Shown in pieces: positions 1 through 16,259 of a DNA stretch of 64,000 nt. The stretch is taken from assembly GCF_009914755.1 (NCBI RefSeq), contig NC_060947.1; one strand, 5' to 3'. The notes under the pieces were generated by a model. That model had not been told where the DNA came from. It did not search any database and saw nothing but the letters and a program-made list of their open reading frames with translations. The position numbers and the translations under genes are program-made. This DNA comes from the human T2T-CHM13v2.0 reference genome, Homo sapiens. The stretch's first letter is position 1. Each line of letters begins with the position of its first letter.

Positions 1-462
1 TCGTATACTGAGAAATTGCTTAAGTTGCTTAGCAGCTTAAGGAGATTGTGGGCTGAGACAATGTAGTTTTCTAAATATACAATCATGTCATCTGCAAACA
101 GACACAATTTGACTTCCTCTCTTCCTATTTGACTACCCTTTATTTCTTTCTCTTGCCTGATTGCCCCGGCCAGAACTTCCAATATTATGTTGAATAGGAG
201 TGGTGAGAGAGGGAGTCCTTGTCTTGTGTCAGTTTTCAAAGGGAATGCTTCCAGCTTTTGCCCATTCAGTATGATATTGGCTGTGGGTCTGTCATAAATA
301 GCTCTTACTATTTTGAGATACGTTCCATCAATACCTGGTTTATTGAGAGGTTTTAGCATGAAGGGGTGTTGAATTTCATCAAAGGCCTTTTCTGCATCTA
401 TTGAGATAATTATGTGGTTTTTGTCAATGGTTTTGTTTATGTGATGGGTTACATATATTTAT
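1..462 (-). mobile_element. L1PA (about PA7-PA8) ORF2 reverse-transcriptase region; non-inverted 3' part of a 5'-inverted L1 that runs off the left edge
   Basis: Reverse complement encodes the ORF2 motifs [10 protein letters not shown] and LFADDM (tcatgtcatctgcaaaca near 83-100). Confidence 0.93.
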
Positions 463-2167
<1,705 letters not shown>

Positions 2168-3106
2168 GGCATTCTTTATATCAATGTATATTACAAACTA
2201 TGCAGCAACCTCTAAAAATGTTTTAGAGTGTTTATAATATGCTAGCAAAGGAGAGAAAAGGAGATCATATGAAACAGTCAGTTAAAACTACAAAAGACAG
2301 AAGAGAGCAAGAAAAAAATAGGAAGAAAGTATAAGATTAACAAATAGGAAACAGTAACAAATACGGTAGGTACTAATTCAACTATATCAATAATCACTTT
2401 GAATATTGATGTTCTAATTGCACAAATGAATAAACAGACATTGTCAGAGTGAATAAAAAATCAGACCTAACTATATGTTATTTATAAGAAATCTAGCTTA
2501 AAGATAAAGACATGCATAGATTAAAAGTAAATGAAAGGAAAAACATTTACCATGCTAACACTAATCAAAAGCTGTATAAATTTTAAATAGCCCAGACTTC
2601 AGAGCAAATATTTTTATAAGGAATAAAAAATGACATTACATAATGATAAAGGGTCAATTCCTCAAGAAGACATAATCCTTAATGTGTATGTGCCTGACAA
2701 CAGAGCATCAAAATATATTGGGCAAAAACTAATACAACTGCAAGAAGAAATAGATGAATCCTCCAACATAGTTGAATTCTACAACTCCCATTATCAGAAT
2801 TGGGCAGATTCAGCAGGCAGAAAATTACTAAAGACATAATAGAACTCAACAAAACCACTAATCAACTGGATATAACAGCTATCTATAGACTACATTATCC
2901 AACAACAGCAGATTACATACTCTTCTCCACCTCACATGGTACATTCCCTAAGCTAGGTAGCACACTGGGTCATAAAAGCACCTCCACAAAATTTTAAAAA
3001 GAGAAATCATACAGTGTCTCCTCTCAGATTACATTATAATTAAATTAAAATATAATTTTAAAAAGCTAGAAAATCAATTATTTGGAGATTAAAAGATACA
3101 CTTTTA

Positions 3107-3630
3107 TGTTGTCACAAAGGACAAGATTTTATTCTTTTTAAATAGCTGAACAGTATTCTGTAGTGTATATATATATCAAATTTTCTGTATTAAACATTAT
3201 GTTAAATGAAATAAGCCAGACACTGATAAAAAATGCCACATATTCTCTCTCATATGCAAATCTAAAAAATCTGACCTCATAAAAGAAATAAAACAGAGGC
3301 TCCTAAAGGCTGCAGATCATAGAGAAGAGAATAGATGAGCAGAGGATGGTCAACAGGTACAAAGTTACAATTAGAAAGGAAGAATAAATTATGGTGTCCT
3401 ATTGTACAGTAGAGTGACTATATTGTAGTTAACAATAAACAATGTATGTATCAAAATTGCTAGAAGAGAATATTTTGAAAGTTTCTACCACAAGGAAATG
3501 CTACATGTTTGACATAATAAATATAATTACTCTGATTTAATTACTACACAATATATGCAGGTATTAATATATTACATATTATGAAATGTACATACAATTA
3601 TTGTGTCGATTATTTTAAAATTTAATTTTT
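3107..3630 (+). mobile_element. Short L1MA-type 3' end with an ~80-bp 5' inversion
   Basis: 3107-3190 is antisense L1 3' sequence; 3191-3630 is a sense L1MA 3' UTR. Degenerate TSD aaaagatacactttta (3091-3106) / aaaatacacacttcta (3631-3646). Confidence 0.78.
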
Positions 3631-3951
3631 AAAATACACACTTCTAAATAACACATGGATAAAAAATAAATCTCAAGATAAATTTTAAAATACTTTGAGC
3701 TAAATGAAAATAAAATATAAAATCATCATTTGCAGGATGTGCAAAAGCAGTGCTTAGATAAAAATGTACAGCATTAAATGTACATATCAGTATTGAAGAA
3801 AGATCCAAAGTCAACCTAAGCTTCCACCTTAAGAAATTTGAAAATGAAGAACAAATTAAGTCCACAGTAAACAGAAGAAAATAAATAATAGAAATTCAAA
3901 TATAAATTAATAAAATTGAAAAGAGAAAATAAATGAAACCAAAACCTATTT

Positions 3952-4966
3952 TGTTGTGGGAAGTCAGGGACCCTGAATGGAGGGACCAGCTGGAGCCATG
4001 GCAGAGGAACATAAATTATGAAGATTTCATGGACATTTACCAGTTCCCAAATAATACTTTCATAATTTCTTATGCCTGTCTTACTTTAATCTCTTAATCC
4101 TGTTATCTCCGTAAGCTGAGCATGTACATCACCTCAGGACTCTGTGATAATTGTGTTAACTGTACAAATTGATTGTAAAACATGTGTGCTTGAACAATAT
4201 GAAATCATTGCACCTTGAAAAAGAACAGAATAACAGCGATTTTAGGGAACAAGGGAAGACAACCATAAGGTCTGACTGCCTACGGGGTCGGGCAAAAAGA
4301 GCCATATTTTTCTTCTTGCAGAGAGCCTATAAATGGACGCGCAAGCAGGGAAGGTATCGCTAAATTCTTTTCCTAGCAAGGAATATTGATATTAATACTC
4401 TGGGAAAAGAATTGCATTCCTGGGGGGAGGTCTATCAACAGCCACTGTGGGAGTGTCTGTCTCATGTGGTTGAGATAAGGATTGAAATAAGTCCTGGTCT
4501 CCTGCAGTATCCTCAGGCTTACCAGGGTGGGGAAAAATCCCACCCTGGTAAATCTGAGGTCAGACCAGTTCTCTGCTTTCAAACCCTGTTTTCTGTTGTT
4601 TAAGATGTTTATCAAGACAATTTGTGCACAGCTGAACATAGACCCTTATCAGTAGTTCTGTTTTGCCTTATGTCCTGTTTCCTTAGAAGCATGTGATCTT
4701 TGTTCTCCTTTTTGCCCTTTGAAGCATGCAATCTTGTGACCTACTCCCTGTTCTTGCACCCCCTTCCCTTTTGAAATCCTTAATAAAACTTGCTGGTTTT
4801 GCAGCTCAGGTGGGCATCACAGTCCTACTGATATGTGATGTCACCCCCGGAGGCTCAGCTGTAAAATTCCTCTCTTTGTACTCTTTGTCTTTATTTCTCA
4901 GCCTGCCGACACTTATGGAAAATAGAAAGAACCTACATTGAAATATTGGGGGCGGGTTCCCCCATA
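3952..4966 (+). mobile_element. MER11 solo LTR (HERV-K11/HML-8)
   Basis: Starts TGTTGTGGGAAGTCAGGGACCC and ends GGGGGCGGGTTCCCCCATA; AATAAA near 4782; 6-bp TSD ctattt/ctaatt. Confidence 0.92.
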
Positions 4967-7900
4967 CTAATTCTGTAAAAAAAAATCAATAAAATCAATA
5001 AGCCTCCATTCAGACTAATTTCTTTTTTAAAAGCAGTGAGATGACACATATTAATAATATTAGGAATAAAAGAGGGGATATCACTACATATCTCATGAAG
5101 ATTAAAAGCATAGTAAAAGAACACTATGAACAATTCTATGCCCACAAATTTGATTATATACATAAAATGAACTAATTCTGGAGAGACATAATCTTGTAAA
5201 ACTCACACAAGAAGAAAGAGATGATCTAAATAAACTTATATCTATGGAAGAAATGAAATAAAAAACTTTTTAATATAGAAAGTACAAAGGCTCAAATGGG
5301 TTCACTCATGAATTCTACCAAAAATTTAAGAAAAAAAAATTATACCAATTTCTTATAATCTTTTTCAAAAGACAGAAGCAAAGGGAATGTTTTCTAACTC
5401 ATTCTATGAGGCCAGCATTACACTAAAACCAAAACCAGACAAATAAATTAAAAGAAAACCACAGACCAATATCACTCATGAATACAGATGCAAAAATCCT
5501 CAACCAAATATTAGCGTATCAAGTTATTAAATATAATGAAAGATTTATACACAAAAACTAAGTTGTATTTATCTTTGGTGTGCAATGCTGGTTTGACAGT
5601 AAAAAATTTAACTAATGTAATCCACTACATTGAGAGAATAAAGAAAAAGAAAAATGACTATATCAATAAATGTAAGAAATGCATTTGACAAAATTAAACA
5701 CGGATTCATAGTGAAAATGCTCAGTAATGTAGGCACAGAATTAAACTTCCTCAATTTGATAAAGAATTTACAAAAACCCCACAGCTAAGACTGTACTTAA
5801 TGGTGAGAAACTCAAAGCTTTCCCATGAATATCAGATATAGACAAGGATGTCCCCTTTTACCATTGCTTTTTAATATCATACTGAAATTTCCAGCTTCTG
5901 CAATAAGACAAGAAAAGGAAATACAAGGTATACAGAGTGGAAGTGAAAAATAAAATTGTGTTTGTTCATAGATGACATGATTATCTATATATTAATAAAT
6001 ATCTGAAACAACAAAAACCTCCTGGAACTACTAAGCTATTATAGCAAGGTTGCAGGATACAAGATTAATATAAAAATATCACTTTCCTATATACTAAAAA
6101 TAGACTAGTGAAATTTACAATTAAAAACACAATACTATTTACCTTGGCATTCAAAATAATTATTAGGTATCAATCCAACAAAATACATACAAGGTTTATA
6201 TAAAAAATGAAAAAACTGTGATAAAAGAAATTTCAAAAAGCTTAAATTACTGGAAAAATATTTCATGTTTATGGATAGAAAGCCTCAATAGTGTCAAGAT
6301 GTCAGTTCTTCCAAAGTTGATCTACAAATTTAACACACCTTTTATGTAAACCACAGCAAGTTATTTTTTGAATGTCAACAAATGGATTCAACGGTTTATG
6401 TGTGGAAACAAAAGACCCAGAATAACCTACACAATATTAAAGGAGAAGAACAAATTTGGATAAATAACACTGCCTGACTTCAAAACTGACTATAAAGCTA
6501 CAGTAATCAAGAAAGTGAGATATTGGCAAAGAATAGCCAGATAGATTAATGGAACAGAATAGAGAGCTCATAAAGAGACATAATCTATTTAACATTGTTA
6601 TAAACATAGTCAACCGATGTGTAAGAAAGAATAAAAACAGTACAATGGAGAAAAGATGGCATTTTCAATAAATGGTGCTGTAACAACAAGACATCCACAT
6701 AGTTAAAAAAAACTCTAGACACAGACCTACAGACCTTATATGTTTTACAAAAATTAACTAAAAATTGATAACCAATTAATATAAAAATAAATCTATAAAA
6801 TCTTAAGAAAATAATGTAGAAGAAGGTCTAAATGTCCTTGATTTGGTGAAGAATTTATTGATACAATAGCAAAGGCACAATCTGTAGAAGAAAGAATTGA
6901 TAATCTGAACTTTATGCAAGAGAATAAAATGACAAGCCACAGACTGGGACAAAACAATTGCAAAAGACATATAAAGAACTGTTATCTGAAATACACAGAA
7001 ACACTTAAAGCACAAAAATAAGAAAACATATAACCTAACTTAAAAGTGAGCCAGGAACCTTAACAGACACCTTACTAAAGAAAATATACAGTAAAAAATA
7101 AACATATACAAATGTGTTCCACATTATGTGTCATCAGGGGAATTCAAATTAAAACAATGAGATACCACTCCACACATATTAGAACAACCAAAATTCAGAT
7201 ACTGACAACACCAAATGCTGGCTAGGAGTGTGAAATATAGACACTCTCGTTCACTGCAGGTGGGAATAAAAAATGGTACAGCTACAGTGGAATATAGGTG
7301 GAGTCTTCATTAGAAAACTAGATATGTTCTTACCATACAATTCACCCATCATTCTCCTTGATATTTACCTAGAGGAACTGAATATTAATGTCCTCACAAA
7401 AACCTACACATGAGTGATTACAGCAAAATTATAAAAATTTTGAGGCAACTATGAGATGTGTATATATATGTATATCACTGAGACTACCACCAGCAATACC
7501 TCCTAACACAAATAGCAGTATGATACAGTTCCCAGAGATCCAGAGAACTGAAAAGCTCTGAGATGACAATAAAATAATTGGATTTACGTATTAATTATGC
7601 CCATACCCCTCCTCTGCCCAACACAAAGAATTTAAAAAGTATCTCCCAACTCACATTTGAGAACAAGGATCAAGGTTAACAATAAGCTTCCCCACCATCT
7701 TGGGTTCTCTAGCAAGAAGATATCTGTCACTGCCTCAACTCAAGGGAAGCACTGTAAGCACCTAAGAGAAGAAATATTCCTGAGGACAGCCAGAGACAAA
7801 GGGGGAAGGCAGGACTACCAGCTCTGAAAATTCTGCCCTGTAACTTGGCCAAAATAAGTGACAAATCCGAGTAGCTGTTCAGTAGTACAAGGCTGTATGA

Positions 7901-9696
7901 GGCATGTTCCACTTGGGCATGAACACCTAGCCAGCCTTTCCAAACTAATGATATATCCACTTTGGGGCCTCCTCATTAAGAAAGGGCAGGGTTCTTATCA
8001 TTTACTATAGCCAAGGCAAACCTTGGCTTAAGGTGCCATCTAATGCTGAAAAGGAGGTAGCAACCTAGTAGAAAGAAAAAAAAAGTCCACAGCTAAATTT
8101 CAAACAATTTCTAAGCAAACATATTTAATATAAACCAAAACAAGAAGGACAGAGAAGACTACAATAAATAATTAATTCCTTAATGCGGAAGCATAGATAG
8201 ACATCCACAAGAAACAACAGCAAACAGGGAACTATAATCTCCCCACAACAAAGAAAGTAAGGAACCAGTGACTTACCCTTTTTTTTAAAAAAATGTGAGT
8301 TTTCTAAATAATTTAAAATAGCAGTTTAAAAAAACCCAGTGATCTACAAGATAACACGGAAATGCAATTCAGAAAGTCATCAGAGAAATTCAACAGAGAT
8401 TGAAATAAAAGTAAAAATCAAATAGAAAACTTTTAACTGAAATATACATTTCTGAACTAAAAAAAACAATTACAAGCTGTCAATAGTAAAATAGGTAAAT
8501 CAGAAGAAAGAATCAGTGACCTCAAAAAATATTTAAAACTACTCAGTACCTGAAAAAAATGTAAAATGAAAGAAAGAATGAAAATAAACAAAGATTGCCT
8601 ATAAATATAGAAAATTATTTGAAAACACTAAATCAAAAATTTATTGGTGTTCAGCAAGAAGTTGAGCCAGAACAAGGGGTAGAAATTGTATTAAAAAATA
8701 ATAACAGAAAATGATTCAAAACCTGAGAAAGATATAAATATCCAGTTAACACCAAAAAGAAAACACCAAAAAGATTCAACCCAAATAAGACTACACCAAG
8801 GCATATAATAATCAGACTCTCAAAGGTCAAGAACAAAGAGAGAATTCTAAAAGCAACAAGACGATAGAAGCAAATAATATATAAAGGAGCTCCAATTCTT
8901 CTTTAACATACTTCACAGTGAAAACTTACACTGGCCAGGAGTGAGTGAGATAAAATTTTCAAAGTGCTCAAAAAAAAAAAAAAAAAAAAGCTGTCATCCA
9001 AAAATACTGTGTCTAGAAAAGTAGTCTTTCAAATAGGAAGAGATAAAATCTTTCTCAGACAAACAAAAGCTAAGAGAATTCACCTAAACCAGACCTATCA
9101 TGTAAGAAATTATAAAGGCAGATTTTCAATCTGAAAGAAAATTAACACTAATATTTAAAAAATGAAGGTATAAAACCTATTGATAAAATTAAGTACAAAG
9201 ACAAACCAAGAATACTCTAATACTGCAATTGTGGTACACAATTTACTCATATTTCAATTATGAAGTCTAAATCTACCAAAAGCAATAATAGATACAGAAA
9301 TCTAATATAATTTTGGCCATTATAAAATTATGAAAATGGACACAACGAAAAGTAAAAACCGGAGGGAGGTATTATTAAAGTATAAAGGGTTTTTGGCTTT
9401 TTTTCATTTCAATTTTGTCTTTGTGATCTAAAATCAGTTTTCATCTCTTCAAAATAACCTGGTAGATCCACAAGATGATTTTGTAAGCCTGGTGATAATC
9501 ACAATGCAAAGACCTACAATAGATACACAAAATAAGAAAGCAATGACTCAAAACGTATCAGAGAAACTGACTTAATCACAAAGATAAACAGTAAGAAATG
9601 AAGAAAGAAATAACAAAAAATCAGTATAAGAAGCAATGAAATGAAAGTAGTAAGATTGTAAGTAAGTAAGTGGATTCCACCCCCACGGAGTCCAGC

Positions 9697-11795
9697 AAGC
9701 TGGAAGCATTCCCTTTGAAAACCAGCACAAGAAAAGGATGCCCTCCTTCACTACTCCTATTAAACATAGTATTGGAAGTTTTGGCCAGGGAAATCACGAA
9801 AGAGAAAGATATAAAGGGCATTCAAATAGGAAGAGGGGAAGTCAAAGTATCTCTGTTTGCAGATGACATGATTGTATATATAGAAAACCCCATCGTCTCA
9901 GTCCAAAAACTCCTTAAACTGATAAGCAACTTTGGCAAAGTCTGAGTATACAAAATTAATGTGCAAAACTCACAAGCATTCCTGTACACAAATAACAGAC
10001 AGAGAGCCAAATCATGAGTGAGCTCCCATTCGCAACTGCTACAAACAGAATAAAATACGTAGGAATACAACTTACAAGGGATGTGAAGGACCTCTTCAAG
10101 AAGAACTACAAACCACTGCTCAAGGAAATAAGAGAGGACACAAACAAATGGAAAAATAATCCATGCTCATGGATAGGAAGAATAAATATGGTGAAAATGG
10201 CCGTACTTCCCAAAGTAATTTAGAGATTCAGTGCTATCCCCATCAAGCTACCATTGTCTTTCTTCACAGAATTAGAAAAAAAAGCTACTTTAAATTTCAT
10301 ATGGAGACAAAAAAGAGCCCGTATATCCAAGACAATCCTAAGCAAAAAAACAAAACTGGAGGCATGACACTATCTGACTTCAAACTATACTACAAGGCTA
10401 CAGTTACCAAAACAGCATGGTACTGGTAGCAAAACTGATATATAGAACAATGGAACAGAACAGAGACCTCAGAAATAACACCACACATCTACAACCATCT
10501 GATCTTTGACCAACCTGACAAAAACAAGAAATGGGGAAAGGATTCCCTATTTAATACATGGTGTTGGGGAAACTGGCTAGCCATATACAGAAAACTGAAA
10601 CTGGACCCCTTCCTTACACCTTAGATAAAAATTAACTCAAGGTGGATTAAAGATTTAAATGTAAGACCTAAAACCATAAAAACACTAGGAGAAAACATAG
10701 GCAATAGCATTCAGGACATAAGTATGGGCAAAGACTTCATGACTAAAACACCAAAAGCAACTGCAATAACAGCTAAAATTGACAAATGGGATCTAATCAA
10801 ACTAAAGAGCTTCTGCACAGCAAAAGAAACTATCATCAGAGTGAACAGGCAAGGTACAGAGTGGGAGAAAATTTTTGCAATCTATCCAACTAACAAAGGG
10901 CTAATATCAAGAATCTACAAAGAACTTAAACAAATTTACAAGAAAAAAACAAACAGCCCCATCAAAATGGGGCAAAGGATATGAACAGGCCTTTTCAAAA
11001 GAAGACATTTATGTGGCCAACAAACATATGAAAAAAAGCTCTTCATCACTGGACATTAGAGAAATGCAAATCAAAATCACAATGAGATACCATCTTATGC
11101 CCATTAGAATGGCGATTATTAAAAGTCAGGAAACAACATATTCTGGAGAGGATGTGGAGAAATAGGAACACTTTTACACTGTTGGTGGGAGTGTAAATTA
11201 GTTCAACCATTGCAGAAGATAGTGTGGTGATTCCTCAAGGATCTAGAACCAGAAATACGATTTGACCCAGCAATCCCATTACTGGGTATATACCCAAACG
11301 ATTATAAATCATTCTACTATAAAGACACATGCACACATATGTCTATTGCAGCACTATTTACAATAGCAAAGACTTGGAACCAACCCAAATGCCCATCAAT
11401 GATAGACTGGGTAAAGAAATTTTGGCACATATACACCATAGAATACTATGCAGCCATAAAAAAGAATGAGTTCATGTCCTTTACAGGGACATAGATGAAT
11501 CAGGAAACCATCATTCTCAGCAAACTGACACAAGAACAGAAAACCAAACACCTCACTTTCTCACTCATGACTGGGAGTTGAACAATGAGAACATATGGGC
11601 ACAGGGAGGGGAACATCGCACACCGGGGCCTGTTAGGGTGTGGGGCGCAAGGGGAGGGATAGCATTAGGAGAAATACCTAGTGTAGATGCAGGTTGATGG
11701 CTGCAGCAATCCACCATGACACATGTATACCTAAGTAACAAACCTGCATTTTCTGCACATGTATCCCAGAATTAAAATACAATAAAAAATTAATA
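9697..11795 (+). mobile_element. 5'-truncated L1PA7-like element
   Basis: Begins at KLEAFPLK, has LFADDM (ORF 9670..9945), the ORF2 C-terminus, a PA7-type 3' UTR (atgtatcccagaa) and an A-rich tail. Confidence 0.92.
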
Positions 11796-13619
11796 AAAAG
11801 ACAAAGAATTTCACTTTGTCAATTTCACAATAGGATATAAAAATTATAAATATGTAAATAACTATGCACCCAACACAGGAGCATCCAATTGTATGAAGCA
11901 CATTTTTATAAATCTAAACAGCAATACAATTATAGTAGAGGACTTCAACACCCCACTTTCAGAAATGGGCAGATAATCCACAAAGAAAGTCAACAGAGAA
12001 ACATCAGTGTTTCTACGCCGCACTATACTAAATAGTCCTAACTTACATTTACAGAATTTTTCACTCAACTTCTGCAAAAAAACATATTTTTAATCTGCCT
12101 ATATAACATTTTCCAGAATAGACTGTATCTCAGGTCACGAAACAAGTATGAACAAATTCACAAAAGTGGAAATCATATCAAGTATATTTTTGACCAAGAA
12201 GGAATAAAACTAGTAGTCAATAACAAAAGGAATCTCAGAAACAACACAAACACATGAAAATTAATCAACATAATCCTAAATGACAAATGAATCAATGAAG
12301 AAATTAAGAAGAAAACTTAAAAAATTTATAAAACACACGAAATGAAAATATAACATATCAAAATTATAGGATACAGCAAAAACAATACTAAAAGAGAAAT
12401 ATATAAATAAACATCTATATAAAGAAAGTAGAAAGACTTAAAGCAACCTAAAAATACACCTTAAGGAAGAAGATAAGTGAGAACAAACCAAAAACAAAAT
12501 TAGCAGAAGAAAATAAATAATAAAAACCAGAGTAGAAATAAATAAAATTGAGATAAAACAATACTACAAAAGATTAATAAAATGAAAACTTTACTTTTTG
12601 AAAAGATAAAGTTGACAAATCTTTACCTAGAATAACTGAAAAAAAAAGAAGACTCAAATAAATAAAATCAAAAACAAAAAAAGAGACAGAGCAAGTGACA
12701 GTGCAGAAATGCAAAGAACCACTAGAGACTACTATGGACAACTATACACCAAGAAATTCAAAAACATAGAAGAAATGGGTGATTTTCTAAACACGTACAA
12801 CCTACCAAGATTAAACCTTAAAAAATGAAAAACCTCAATAAACCAAAAACAATTAATGAGATCATAGCTATAATAAAAAGTCTCCCAACAAAGAAGAATT
12901 GATGGCTTCACTACTGAACTCTACCAAACTTAAAACACAAAAACGAATGCTGATTCTACTCACATTGCTACAGAGAACAACATTAAGGTAATACTTCTAA
13001 GCTCTTTTTATGAGACCAACATTACCGTAATAACGAAGCCAAACAAAGATGTCGCAATTAAAGGAAGCTACAGACAAATATCTTTAATGCACATAGATTC
13101 ACAAATTTTTAACAAAATACTAGCAAACAAAATTCAACAACACATTAAAAAGGTCATTTACCATAATTAAGTGGGATTAAACCCAGGGATCCCAGGATGG
13201 TTCAATATACACAAATTAATAAACATGATACACCACATTAAGAAACCAAGGGAAAAAAAAGTGATGATTTTAATAGATGCAAAAAAAAGCATTCCATAAA
13301 ATTCAACACCCTTTATGATAAAATTTCTGAATAAACTGGGTATAGAAGGAACATTCCTCAAAGTAATGAAGGCTATATATGACAAATCTATGACTAACAT
13401 CATAATGAATGAGGAAAATTTGATAGGCTTTTCTCTAAGATGTGGAACAAGATAAAGATGCACACTTTCACCATTTTTATTCTGCATAACACTGGAAATT
13501 CTAGCTAGAGCAATTAGGTAGGAGAAAGAAATAAAAGGTATTCAAATTGGAAAGGAAGAAGTCAAATTACTCTTGTTCACAGATGACATGATCTTATATT
13601 TAGAAAAAAATAAATCTCT

Positions 13620-13895
13620 GGCCAGGCACAGTGGCTCACGTCTGTAATCCCAGCACTTTGGGAGGTTGGGGTGGGCAGATCACGAGGTCAAGAGATTGAG
13701 ACTATCCTGGCCAACATGGTGAAACCCTGTCTCTACTAAAAATACAAAAATTAGCTGGGTGTGGTGATGCACACCTGTAGTCCCAGCTACTCAGGAGGCT
13801 GTGCAGGAGAGTCGCTTGAACCCTGGAGCTGAAGGTTGCAGTGAGCCATGATCCACCACTGCACTCCAGCCTGGCAACAGAGCGAGACTCCAAAA
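13620..13895 (+). mobile_element. AluSc-like, with the 3' terminus and poly(A) largely lost
   Basis: Dimeric Alu with gatcacgaggtcaagagat and ctggcaacagagcgagactcc diagnostics. Confidence 0.92.
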
Positions 13896-16259
13896 ACTCC
13901 ATCAAAAATTATTATATTTAATGAATGATTTTAGTAAAGTTGCAGAATACAAAATCAACATCAGCAGCACTTACATACATGAACAGTGAACAATCTAAAA
14001 AGAAATCAATAAAGCAGTCTTACAATAGATACAGAGAATAAGAAATACCTAAAAAGTCATTTAACCAAAGTGAAAGATCTGTACAAGAATAATGATAAAA
14101 CACTGATGAAAGTAATTGAAGAGAGCACACACACAAATGAAACATAGTCCATGCTCATAGTTGAAAAAAAATGTATATTGTTAAAATGTCATTTAAAACT
14201 CAAGGCAATTTATAGACTTGATGCAATCCTTATCAAAGGATAAATGACATTCTTTAAAGATATAGAAAAAAATTACAAAATTTACATGGAACCACAAAAG
14301 ACTTTGAACAGACTAAACAATCCTGAGCAAAAATAACAAAGCTGGAGGCATTATACTATCTGGCTTCAAAACATACCACAAATCTATAGTAATCAACTCA
14401 GCATGGTACTGGCATAAAATCAGACTCATTGACCAACGAAACAAAGCAGCAAACCAAGACAAAAATCCATGCATTTACAGCCAACTCACTTTTTTTTCAA
14501 AGCATGAAGAACATACAATGGGGAAAGGACAATGTCGTTATAAATGGTGCTGAGAAAACATGATAACCATATGCAGAATAAGATAGAAACCTATCTCTCA
14601 TCACTTACAAAAAAATTAAATAAAAATGAATTAAAGACTTAAATGTAACACCTCAAACTATGAAACTACTAAAAGAAACATTGGCAAAATGTTCCTGGAC
14701 ATTGGTGCAGGCAAATATATTTTTGTGTGTAAAACCTCAAAAGTACAGGCAATCAAAGTAAAAATATGTATAGGATTACATCAGGCTAAAGAGCTTCTGC
14801 ACAGCAAAGGAAACAATCAACAAAGTGAAGAGACAATCCACAGAATGGGAGAAAATATTTGCAATCTATTAATATGACAAGGGATTAATACTCAAAATAT
14901 AGAAGGAACTCAAACCACTCAGTAGCAAAAATCTGATTTTAAAATGGGAAAATATCTAAATAGACATTTCTTAAAAGATGACATACAAATGACTATCAGG
15001 TATATAAAAATGCTCAACATCACTAACATTAGAGTAATGCAAATCAAAGCACAATGAGATATTTTCTTACCCCAGTTAAAAATGTTAGGAAGGATATGAA
15101 GAAAAGGGAGCTCTCATAAACTGTTGCTGGGAATGTAAATTATTATAGCCACTAAGAAAAACCGTATTGGGGCTCATCAAAAAGCTACAAATGGAACTCC
15201 CACATGGTACGTCAATTCCACTACTGGGTATATATCCAAAAGTAAGAAAATAAATATCTCAAAGAGATATATGGATTTTCACATGTATTGCAGCACTATT
15301 AATAATAGCTATAATATGGAAGCAACCTAAGTTCCCATAAATGGATAAATATATTAAAATGTCATATATATATATATATATGTATACACACACGTGAAAA
15401 TATTAGTCATCCATACAAAATAATTAAATTCTGAACATCAGTAAGATGGCATACTAGAGATGCCAGGCACTCATCTCTGCACCTTCCACTCCACACCAGA
15501 AAGGACTAGGGCACTGATTAAACAGCTAAGATTTTACTAGAATGTTAAATGGAATGCATTGCAGTGCAGCTAGAGTGGAAAGGGTCCTGTGCTAATTGGA
15601 AGGTCAGGAGGGGAGCATAAAGGCACCTGGTCTATGCAGCTCTGTCACTCCAACCTGGATCAGATCAGCCCAGCAACAGGTGGGACTTCCACTTATGGAG
15701 AGAAACTAAGCGGTATAACTGAACCAGCCCTCACTGCCACTGCAAATGTCTACAGTCCTTGCAATAAGAGAATCACACAGTCCTCACAAGTCCAGAGCAT
15801 CGTAAGGAGAACTGCCAGTAATTCACACATTTGCATGGTTCCAGAATAGGAGCACAAGTTATGCATTCCCCATCCCCTACCCAGCCACTGTGAGCCAAGC
15901 TGCTGCACCATAGCAAAATCTTGAGACTAGAGCCACCTCTGAAGTATACCTTCACCTCTCCAGCACTGGGGCTCCATGTTCATTCATTCTATCAAGGCCA
16001 CATGGATGGCTAAGCATCACAAATCAGCTTTGCAGAGCCTGAGCCTAGGGTTAACTTTGACTCCGGCACTTTCCAGCAAGGATACCCACCCCTGACACCT
16101 GCCATTTTAAGTCAGAGGAACAGTCTGGTTGTCATTTGCAGAGTGAACTCACCCTTGAGCCAACCAAACCACTGCATACCCTCCCACATGCGAGAGAGAC
16201 CCTTGAGCCACCAAGCAGATAAAATGCTTGCAGGCCAGGAGAGTGTATATGCGCCTGTG

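Larger units (their letters stand above)
2168..7435 (+). mobile_element. Old L1M (L1MC/MD-like) inter-ORF region and degenerate ORF2, interrupted by an L1MA fragment and MER11; 3' end missing
   Basis: ORF2-start-like STISIITLN near 2380; NVYVPDNRASKY (ORF 2630..2839); RT motif ttcatagatgacatg near 5965; C-terminal region to about 7430. Confidence 0.85.
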
